Part shown: positions 1 to 10,100 of the stretch, piece by piece
How the letters are laid out: every line of letters begins with the position of its first letter
How positions within the stretch are numbered: position 1 is the stretch's first letter
Assembly (NCBI GenBank): GCA_000708835.1
Contig: DF237578.1
Location: 1-49,272, forward strand
Source of the DNA: Klebsormidium nitens
Taxonomy: Eukaryota > Plantae > Klebsormidiophyceae
Direction: 5' to 3'
DNA length: 49,272 nt
Notes under the pieces: model-generated
What the model was told of the DNA's origin: nothing
The model's input: only the letters and a program-made list of their open reading frames with translations
The model's database searches: none
Made by a program: the position numbers and the translations under genes

Positions 1-24
1 ACAGTCTCAGTCTCTCATTCCATT

Positions 25-32
25 CCACGTGG
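25..32. promoter_or_regulatory. Palindromic G-box (CCACGTGG) about 420 bp upstream of the purF ATG
   Basis: Exact CCACGTGG at 25-32. It is a single short motif that could arise by chance. Confidence 0.2.
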
Positions 33-444
33 TCAAATCTGACGGCCATATGTCCGAGTTGACCTGCCCGGAGCCAAATCGACGATCTGCATTGTGCATC
101 TCTCCCGCCATTTGAATGGTTTGTGTCGAGTGTTTCAGCTGCAGCACCGTGCATTGCAAAATGCAGTTGGAACTTCAAGTTCAAGTTGGCTCGGAGCTCA
201 ACTCCCATCTGCCCTTTCAAGTTGGCATTGGCAAGGAACACTGAACAGATCAGCAGCAGCGCTTGCTTGATAAAGAACGAAACGTCCATCTTTAGCCGCC
301 ACCAACTTCAGCAGCCAGAGGACCTGTCCTTGTCTAGTGACGTGCCATCATGGTGCGCCTTTTTGTCCAAGTGTCCAAACACCACTGACGTTCTCTACTC
401 CATTCTGATCTCCGTGCTTGATCTTCAACGTCTCCCTTGACATC

Positions 445-3400
445 ATGGCTGCCTCAAGCGCCTGCCTTGGTGGAGGTGCGGTAATGAGCAAAGTTGCGCC
501 TCGCGAGCCCCTTCTGTCATCATTACCGCCGGCGCCTCAAGCTAGTTTGCACAGCGCCCCCTTGACAGCTGTCAGGGCACCAAAGCGGTCAAAGTGCGCA
601 CTCAAGTGCGATGGGCTTGGAGGGCAGATGAGGGGGCAACGGTTGCGAGCGCAGTCGCTCCCGAGGGCACCTGTGAGAAGGGAGCGGGTGGTGCGGGCAT
701 CAGAAGAAGTGCCAGCTGTCGGCAGCACCGCGGCAGCTGTCGAAAGTTCCTCGCAGTCCACCGGGCTCATGTTGAGAGCTCACGGATCGAATGCAACAGC
801 TGTCGCCGCCGCAAACTCTTCCCCTAACCCTAGAGTTGACCCTGCGGTTAACCCCATCGCCGCCGCTCTCGACGACTTCACATCTGAGGGCGAGATGATG
901 CGTGAGGAGTGCGGGGTGGTCGGGGTCATCGGCGATGACGAGGCAAGCAGGATCTGTTACCTGGGCTTGCACGCGCTGCAGCACCGGGGGCAGGAGGGCG
1001 CCGGCATCGTAACCTCGAACGGAGGCCAGCTGACGTCGATCACGGGGATGGGGCTGGTGGCAGACGTTTTCAACCAGCAGAAGCTGACGGCGCTCGTCGG
1101 GGACTCTGCGATTGGGCATGTGCGGTATGCCACTTCGGGGGGCTCTAACCTGAAAAATGTTCAGGTCAGTAGCGTTGCGGTTTCGTGTACGTGCGAAGGT
1201 TCACGTGCGGATATCAGCACCATTGATGTGCACTGACAAGATTCTTGAGTACTCTGGATAACTCCCTCCCCTTCCCATCCTATTTCAAAGCAACTTTACC
1301 CACGTACTTCGATGACACAGTGTTTGGAACGACCTCTGTTGCACACAACCACGGCCTATTCAGAGAACCGGTAACTGCATCTTTGATTCAGGGTCTAACC
1401 CGTCACAAACAACTGACTCTAACCTTGCCCGTCTCCCTCTCCGCAGCCCTTCACCGTGAAGACGGTGTTTGGGCAAGTCTCTGTGGCTCACAACGGAAAC
1501 CTGGTCAACTTCAAGAAGCTGCGGGAAGAGCTCGAGGAGCGGGGCTCCATCTTCAACACGTCGTCGGATACAGAGGTCATCCTGCATTTGCTGGCCGTCA
1601 GCAAGGTGAGAGTTTCTCGTCTTTGCGTTGTTTTAAGTTCTTTTTCTCTGCATATGCGTCTTCACTTTTAGACCTGTTCGCTGGTTCGCTTCTTTCCCTT
1701 TTCTTATTCTCGGGGAGTTCCTTGCGAGAAAGTTGGTCGGTTATGTCAGCAGAATGTACCTCACTTGCTGTGATCGGCAGGGCCGGTGTTCCTCCTCAGT
1801 TCGTCAAATGGATTTGGAGCTGGTAAATGTAACAAACTTCTATTCTCCTGCCTGCCTGAACACAGCGACGCTTGGAGAAGCTTGGAGAACCCTTTTGTCC
1901 TTACAAAACTCAAATAGATGGTCAATGGCCAACGATTGACGAGCCTTGAAAGTTGTCACGTCGAAGTTCTGCTCTATTGGCCCAGTTTCTTAAGCTGGAG
2001 GCGACCTCTCTTTAGACACCAAGCTTCTCCCTCTCCCACAGTAACATTTTTCGCTTTCCCCAAAGAGGTGAGCTGTCTCGTGACGGCCAACAGAACTGCT
2101 CACATGACCTGTCGTCGCCTATCACAGAAAACAACGTTCATGGAGCGACTCGTCGAGGCGTGCGAGCAGCTCGAGGGTGCGTACAGCCTCGTCGTTTTGA
2201 CCGTCGACAAACTGGTTGCCCTGCGGGATCCGTACGGTTTCCGCCCGCTCGTCATGGGCCGGAAAGCGAACGGCGCAATCGTGTTCGCGTCGGAAACATG
2301 CGCTCTCGACCTGATTGATGCGAAGTACGAGCGGGAAGTCCAACCGGGCGAGGTGGTTATCATTGACAGAAACGAGGGGGAGTCGGGCATGTGTTTGTAC
2401 CCCAAGCGGCAGCGCAAGGCGTGCGTGTTCGAGCACATTTACTTTGCGCTGCCCAACTCGGACGTGTTCGGCAAGAGCGTGTACGAGCAGCGCTACAACT
2501 ACGGGCGCATCCTGGGTGAGTCGCATTTCATTGGTCGCAGGAATACTTTTTGACCATGTCTTTGTCGTGGTTGTAATGTGGGTGGAATGCAAAGCGAAGC
2601 TGCAACTTACGGTTTCTGTGTCCCTTTTTTCCACTGGTGTACTGGGGCGTTTGAGTCAAACGTGGCCGTTTCGATATAATCCGTCTCAACTGGGCTCGAT
2701 CTCAGAGCTGACAGCTCACTCCACTGCAACTATTGGACACTTTGACTCATCTTTGGCAGTTGGAGATCTCAAATTTGTCGCTACAAAGGTTCGGCACTTG
2801 CAGCAGATGTGCCTTTTATAGGATCCGACGACTCCTTCGCCCCTCGACTCTTCTAGTTGACAGCCCCGAACTCGACCCAAATCCGGCCCATTCCCACCTA
2901 CTTGCAAATCCACCTCTTGCTGACGTCGCTCTTGGCGCCAGCGGAATGTGAACAGTCATCCGCCCGTTAGTTTCTCTGCGTTGACAGCCCCCGAAGCCGA
3001 CGCAACATCATGTACCTACTGACTTGCAAACCGACTTTTTGCTGACGTCAATCTGCTTCGCTCATGCAGCGGAGGTGGCTCCGGTGGAGTGTGACGTCGT
3101 GATTGCTGTGCCGGATTCGGGGGTGGTGTGCGCGCTGGGCTACGCGGCGGAGGCGGGGGTGCCGTTCCAGCAGGGCCTCATCCGGTCGCATTACGTGGGC
3201 AGGACGTTCATCGAGCCGAGCCAAAAGATTCGCGACTTTGGGGTGAAGCTCAAGGTGGGTCGTTCAAAAAGTTCCAAAGCTGGGTTTTGATGTTTCTTGG
3301 ACTGGAGAAACTCCGGTTGCCTACAAAATCTTGGTTCACCAGAGCCTCATCCGGTCACACAACGTGGGCAGGACGTTCATTCAGCCGAGCCAAAGATTTG

Positions 3401-5509
3401 GGATTTTGGGGCGAAGCTTGAGGTACGAGTTCCAGAAAGTTCCATCAAGTCGGGTCTTGCGTTTGCACATAGGAGTGTCGTTAGGAAGGACAATTTTCGG
3501 TCGATTGCCTCGTTTAAAGGGATTTTGAGCTTGATGGGTGAATGCTAAGCTTGGAATGAAAGGGACATACGTCGAGCTAAGCCAAGGATCCTTAGACGTT
3601 GAATTGAAGCAAGGTCTGGCCGGACTGATGCTCGAAGCTGCTTGGATAGATCCCCGTCCTCGAGAAGAGCCGTTTGGTGTTTTTTCAAAACTTGACCTCG
3701 TGATTCCTCTTTTTCAGCTATCGTTTTGTTATCCTAGATTTGATAAACGAGACCGTCAGCGCCCTGATTCTCAAGAGTAACCCCTTTATCACTATCATGC
3801 TGTAGCTGTCCCCCGATTGTTTTGAAGAATCTGCTTTCGGAGAACAATATCCGGTTTTTGCTTTGACGCAGCTGTCCCCGGTGAAATTGGTCCTAAAGGG
3901 CAAGCGCGTGGTGGTGTTTGACAATTCATTTGCGCAAAAAGCAAATCTCAAACCCCAAACCCAAAATCTGAATCCGGGGGAGTACACCAAAAACCCCGAT
4001 TCTAACTCCTAAACCCGACCATGCTGCAGCTGTCTCCTGTGAAGTCGGCCCTGAGGGGCAAGGGCGTGGGGTGTTCGACAACCCGTTCGCACATACAGCA
4101 AACCTCAGACCCAAACCCCACCTTTTGGAACTTGAAATCTCGAACCTCACACCACGGTTATCAACCTGTGAACCCTGCTTTGCTCCAGCTGTCCCCCGTA
4201 AAGTCGGCCCTGAAGAGCAAGCGCGTGGGTGTAGTGGACGACTCGTGCAAACAGCAAACCTTTCTGCCGAAGCATATTCTGATGTAGGGAACCCGAACCC
4301 TAAGCTCTAAATAGCAAAGCCTAAACCCTAATCCCTGCCATGCTCCAGCTGTCCCCCGTGAAGTCGGTCCTGAAGGGCAAGCGCGTGGTGGTGGTCGACG
4401 ACTCGATCGTGCGCGGCACGACGTCATCCAAGATCGTGCGGCTGCTCAAGGAGGCCGGCGCGACCGAGGTGCACATGCGCATCTCCAGCCCGCCAATCAC
4501 CGGCTCCTGCTATTACGGCGTCGACACGCCCAGGTGCGCTTTAAGCATCTTGATACAAGGTTTGAGAGGTTTCGGGGTTTGGGTTAACACGACTTGTCCA
4601 ATTCAAATGCAAAGAGGCCCTCTCCGACGGAGATTGGAGCACAGTGGAAAGGGACGTTTCAAGTTGAGGTGCAGATCCCCATTCCCAACACCTGCCACTG
4701 TACGCCTAAGTGTGCTAGCACGCCTATCAGCCCTCTTGTTTCGGCGTCCCGAGTATGAATCGGAGCGAGCCAAGTCTTCTTGAGTCGAACTGCCATGCGT
4801 GAGATGGTCCTATTTTGTGCTGTCGGTAGCTCCCGGGAGTTGGAAGGATTAAGGAAGAGTTCAACGCCCCCCCATGCACGCTTGCGAAGCTTCCTCTCGT
4901 TATGTTGAAAACATGATATTGTAAGAGAAACAGGAGGAGAAACAGGGAGGAAGACTTATTCTCCCTGCTGCTCTTCCGTGCAATATCATGAGCTTTAACA
5001 AGATCCAAACGGGAAGTGTTTTTCCGTTGGGAGCTTGGTAGGCCTACAAGTGAAGCGGTCGCTTTTGCACAAGCAAACTTCCAGGACCACCCAAAAGGAA
5101 AGCCTTCTGCGATAAGCCAGCGGTCATGCTGACACGCTCATCGTTTCACCCTTCTCCTTGCAGTCGCGAGGAGCTCATTTCCTTCAAGTTGTCCGTCGAG
5201 GAGACGCGGCAGTTCATCGGCGCCGACTCGCTCGCCTACCTTCCCCTCGACCGCCTCCATAACCTATTGGGTCCCGAGGCCGATACCTTCTGCGACGCGT
5301 GCTTCTCGGGCGCATACCCTATCCCTCCTCAGGGGAAGAACACGCAGGGCCATGTGCTGCCATTCGAGAAAGAGAACGGGGCCGCCGGACCGAGTTCCGC
5401 CGGAGAGGAGGGGCATTCCGCCGGACCAAACGGAAATCTGGGGTACCAGGACGTGAAGGTCGTGGGGCCGGACGAGCGGGAGCCGGCGCCGGCCGGGCGG
5501 GTTGTGTGA
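445..5509 (+). CDS. purF: Amidophosphoribosyltransferase (glutamine PRPP amidotransferase), Fe-S type, with an N-terminal transit-peptide-like extension; 6 exons, ~660 aa
   Basis: Exons 445-1164, 1447-1605, 2128-2515, 3070-3254, 4349-4533, 5164-5509, all GT-AG, total 1983 nt in frame. Motifs: EECGVVG (Ntn catalytic Cys), [55 protein letters not shown] loop [14 protein letters not shown], Fe-S cysteines SCYYGVDT and FCDACFSG. The N-terminus is Ser/Ala/Arg-rich. Confidence 0.96.
3334..3470 (+). repeat. Degenerate tandem copy of the 3' end of purF exon 4 plus its 5' splice site
   Basis: gttcaccagagcctcatccggtcacacaacgtgggcaggacgttcattcagccgagccaaagattt...gaagcttgag|gtacga mirrors 3164-3258, with substitutions and a 1-nt deletion (ccaaag vs ccaaaag). 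Confidence 0.9.
3797..4410 (+). repeat. ~159-bp degenerate tandem repeat, each unit carrying the acceptor and start of purF exon 5
   Basis: cag|ctgtc(c/t)cc(c/g/t)gt(g/a)aa..gcaag(c/g)gcgtgg units start at 3872, 4030, 4189 and the real exon at 4349 (spacing 158/159/160). A partial copy lies at 3806. Confidence 0.9.
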
Positions 5510-7157
5510 GGGGTTATGGCGGGGTTATGAGGGTTTACGATGAAACACGAGCGGGTATAAGGGGCCGTGAAATTTAACGACGGGTTCCGTGCTTTAGTGA
5601 ATCTGAGGGAGGGGCGATGACGCCGGGCGTCACTGTTCTGATGACGTGAGCTTGGGTGGCCAGAAGAAGCGCAACGAAAGGGAGCACGGGGAAAGAGAAA
5701 AGACGAAAGATCGGATGTACAAGCATCGCAAGAGATGTGCGGTTGGGAAGACGTCACATGCAGTAAGGTGGATAAGACTTGTCGAGATGACGTGGACAGG
5801 TGGCAGGCATTAGGCGAAGGGACTTATTGTGCGGGGAAAGTGCTAATTAGACTCGGTGCAGGTATAATCCAGGTTTCTAGTCCGTGTAAGCAGATAGAGT
5901 GGATTGGGGCGCATTGTCAGCAAGGCCGGGTTTCTTCGGACTCGGGCTTACCGTCGGGAGGAGCAGGACTTAGGTAGACGTCATTATGCTAAAATTAAAC
6001 AGTTGCTTCTGTATAGACGTGAGGTAGCCAACAGCATGGCATTTGTCCGTAGTGTACTGCATTCTTGGCTGGATCCATTCTTTGCCTAGCTACTTGAATC
6101 TGAAAGCCAAACGGTGCTTCTCTAATATTTACAAGCAATGCTTGCCATGCCGATCGATGCATCAGTAGGGCCAGCAACCTCAGTACGCTGATGCACGATT
6201 GTATTAACTCCCACGGTTGTTGCACTAGGATAATCCCTCTGTGATCGATGATCCGACGGGACTTCACAGCAGCCGCCCTTTTTGAGTCCCAATACCCAGC
6301 TGCGGACTCTGGCCGGGATAGCTAACTTTACCTGGATGCTATTGCATGACGGTGTAATATCCCACAGCTGACGCGCAGATCATTAAAACCGACTCACTAA
6401 TGTTCCATGTATAACTTTGCCTGCAACCATGTGCATATATGCACGATCGCAGTCATGGTACCGGGCGGCCTAGCTAGCTTTCAATTCCGCGCATATGTAA
6501 AAAAGTTGCATGCAGCATGCATGGATCATGATCTGCATATGGAATTGAATGAGCAGCTGAATATACGCTGGCATAAAGCTCATTCGAAGATATATATATG
6601 ACACGTACACGCCGGATATAGACAATTAAAGGATCTAAGCTCTAGTGTTTGCAGACGGTCCAACGCAGCCCAGCCGTTAGTGAATCCATGTTATATATGC
6701 GCGTTACTGCGTAGAAGTACTTTTGCCACATCTTTGCGCAAGCACTTCAATCATGATACGGGCGTGGCAAATTCCCTTTCCCATGGTTTCCGCGATCTCT
6801 AGTATCAAAACAAGGCGCGGTGGGATAGCTAATACGCATATCGTTGTCTACAGCACAGGCTGATAGCTGCATTACGAAAGGCGTGCCTGGCAGCGGCCAT
6901 TTTAAGCCCCGCGCTGAATATGCTCAAGAAACAGAACTCTCAAACCTATCGCATTGAAAGTCTTTGACCACTTTTGTAGGATCGTATGTACAGCCGACCC
7001 AGCCATGCCTTCACTTGAGCTAAGTATTACTCTGGCCAATTGTTGTCAAGACAAAGCAGGGGACATAAGGGGCCAATAATTACAGACTACCTTGGTTGAT
7101 AGCATGCTTATTCCTGATCTACGCTCCAAACACTTCATCGGACCTAGACTCCGGACG

Positions 7158-10100
7158 TCACCGTTCTCCGCTGCCCTTTCCTCGACCCTTCGTTGCCACA
7201 TGCAAGGGCGGCCATGCGGAGCTCTCGTGCGGCAGCGCCTTGCTGTTCCCATTTGCCGCTGCATTCGTCTCCGGCAGGGGGCTAGCACCGGCCTTCGGAA
7301 CGCTTCCCCATCCAGCCTTTCTCAACACCTCCCCGCCCGCCGAGCCATTGCTCGACGGCGGTCTACTGTTCGCCCCGTTGCCCTCCTTCGCAACCGGCTT
7401 CGTGGCCCCCGCAGAAAGAGGCCTAGCTTCGACCTTCCGGGACGCCCCTGCCGAGACGGCGGCTTCCAGCGTCGGCCACTCCTGGTCGATTGGCGTTGAT
7501 ACCCGCCGCGCATCCGCTCCGCTTCCGGGGGCTGGGCTCGGCCGACTCTCCTTCATCTGGTGCGCCTTATGCCTCGGGGGTGTGTGCTCGGGCTCTGTTC
7601 TCCGAATGGACGGGTGCTCGGGCTCTGCTCTCCGCATGAGGGGGTGCGAATGCTCGTCTCTCCTCCCCCCCTCCGGGTGAGGATGCTCCGACGGGAGAAA
7701 GTGCCCGTCGGGCCCGAGCGTCGCGCTGCTCTGCACGACGGCCGCGCAGAATGGACAGCAGAGCTCGCCGAAGTCCGCCTGCGCGGCCAGCTGGCTCGTG
7801 CAGCCGACGCACGTGAGGTGCAAGCACGGCCGCAGCTGCACCGACGCAAGCGCCTCGTTGCACAGCAGACACACCCCGAGCTTGTTCCCGTTCCGCTCCG
7901 GCAAGGGGGGCGGCAGCATCGCCAGAATGAACGGCTCGTTCGGGCGGGTGGCGTCGGCGTGCCCGACGCGCACGATCTGCTGCTTCGCGAGCTCTACCCA
8001 GATCGCCAGGATGTGTGCGCGGGTGATCCCCTCGTTCAGCAAGCTCCCGTCGATTGCCAGCAGCGACTGCCAGAACGCGCTCAGGCTCAGGGGCTGCGCC
8101 AGCAGCCCCGAAGCGTCCTGCCGTGCGACCGCTGACCTCAGCACCAGGATCGCCGCCTCGAGCCGCGCCTCAAACGGCCCATGCGCCTTGCCAGGCGGCC
8201 AAGAGGGCTTCAGCACGGCCGGAGGGGGTTGCTCCCAGCGCGGCTGGAACGCTGGGGGGTGCTGGTTCGGCCTGCCGAGGAAACCCCCTGGAGGAGAGGA
8301 CCCGGCAGGTGCAGGGAGGGCTGAGTGGGAGGCACTCCGCACCATCTCGAACAGGGGGGGCTCCCCCAGCATGCCTTGAGACCCGTCCCAACTCACCCGA
8401 ATATCCTGCCGTGCCGCCTTTCCGATGGGACCCAGCATTCGATTCCCGGACTGTGGCCGCGACGCCCGGCCGAACCCGTCGCCGTCAAACCGCAAGTGCT
8501 CCTCTCCCCCGTTTGCGTACAACCATGGCCGCCCAACGTCCGCCGACGGGGGCCGCGAGAGCTTCCCGGACGAGTTGGACCCGGACCCGGGGCGCCGCCC
8601 AAAACTCCACGTCGAGTCCGGGCTGCCGAGGCTCTCCGGACTCGCCGACCCGCTGGCCTGACGAAAGTGTCCGTTGGCGTCGTGGAAGGGGGGCTCTGTC
8701 TCTTGCCGGGGGGGTCCGACCGGCCCCCCAAAAGGATCTCGGGCGGCGACGATGCCAGGCACAGGGAGCCGACCTTCGAGCAGCTGCAACCGGCCAAACT
8801 CGTCCTCAAACCCAGACACGTTCAGGCCCCGGGGGGTGTCCCCGGTTGCCGAAAGCAGCCCCCCTGGAAGCAAGTGCTCCATGGACGAGCTTAGCTCCTG
8901 GTCGACATCGATGACCAAAGACTCGCGAACTCGCACCCCGGGAACGTCCTGCGCAAAGGGGGGGCCAGCGGCAGGGTTCATTGAGGGGTGGGCCAGGGTG
9001 TGGTTAGCTTGCGGGGTGACAAACTGCGGGTGCGCTGACGTGAGCTCCGGCTTCGTCCTCGCCACCTGCGCGTTCCAGGGCCCGTTCGCACCGTTCCCGT
9101 GACCTGGCTTTGCCCAACCTGGGGGGATCCCCCCGTTTTGACGCTGCGGCTCTTCCCCACTCCGGTATGAGGGGTTGGCGACAACAACCCGAATGCTGGT
9201 CGATGGATCGAAGCTGGCAACCCTTTGAGTCGGTGCAGCTTGGGGGACGGTTTTGACAGGAAGGGGGGATGGGCTGGCTTGGGTGACAGGGGATCCCTTG
9301 ACGGGGGAAGATTTATGGGGCTGCTGAAATCCAGGGGGTGCGGTTGATGAGGGCGGATGGTGCGTGCCGTTCTGCTCGTAGTGTCGCGCTGCGCTAGTGG
9401 ATCGGAGGGCCGCCTGCAAAACGAGAAGCCATAATCAGGTGAAAATCTCGGTAGGGTGCTTTTTGCAGCCGTCAGGAGGATCTTTGGCAATAGAAGATTG
9501 TTGCGCAGAATGAGACCGCTGTTTGCCGCAAAGAGCTCGACAAACTCGGTCAGCCTTAGGAGGGCCACAGATCTAAAAACCCAGATCAACACCTCAAAGA
9601 AGCTCAATCACTGAAGGTAGGTGCAGCAGATTTGAACCAAGTTCAATCTAACTGCCAAAGATGTCCCAATCCTTAGAGAAGCAATGCCCCCTTCATATCA
9701 ATTCCTCAGGTCTGCAATGGCTCAAAGCTGACGCCAGATGAGGCGAGAAACACGCCTAGAGCGGCTCGCTTCCTTTCTAAGCTTTTCAATAGCAATCCCT
9801 CTCTGTTCAACTCCCACTTGGAGCCACACTGCGACTGTCACACTATGATTCCCTCCGCCAGCGCTTACTCAATGTGACCAACACCATGACAGCCTCGTGC
9901 ATGCTCGACAGGTCAATCGAGAATCCAACAACCTTCGCCTGAACCTCACCAAACTTTCATCAGCCGCTTTCTTCGCCTGAGGCTCGACCCCCTCCTTCAC
10001 TGGCTCTTGTGCGGCTGACGGCTTCTTCTTGTGCTTCCCGTGGGCCACTTCCCACCCTTCTGCCGTCTCCCTATCGTCCACAGCCGCTCTCGGCACCTCT

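Noticed and set aside
3797-4410. Regularly spaced repeats as a CRISPR-like array
   Set aside because: The units are whole degenerate duplications of eukaryotic intron/exon sequence, not short identical repeats with unique spacers, and there are no cas genes.
7578-7650. Short ~30-bp coding repeats (RAEPEHP/RTEPEHT)
   Set aside because: This is an ordinary low-complexity repeat within a disordered region.
7096-9102. Long + strand ORFs (7096-7680, 7560-8135, 7798-8379, 8054-8914, 8325-8894 etc.)
   Set aside because: These are GC-rich shadow frames antisense to the NST1-like last exon, with no recognisable motifs.
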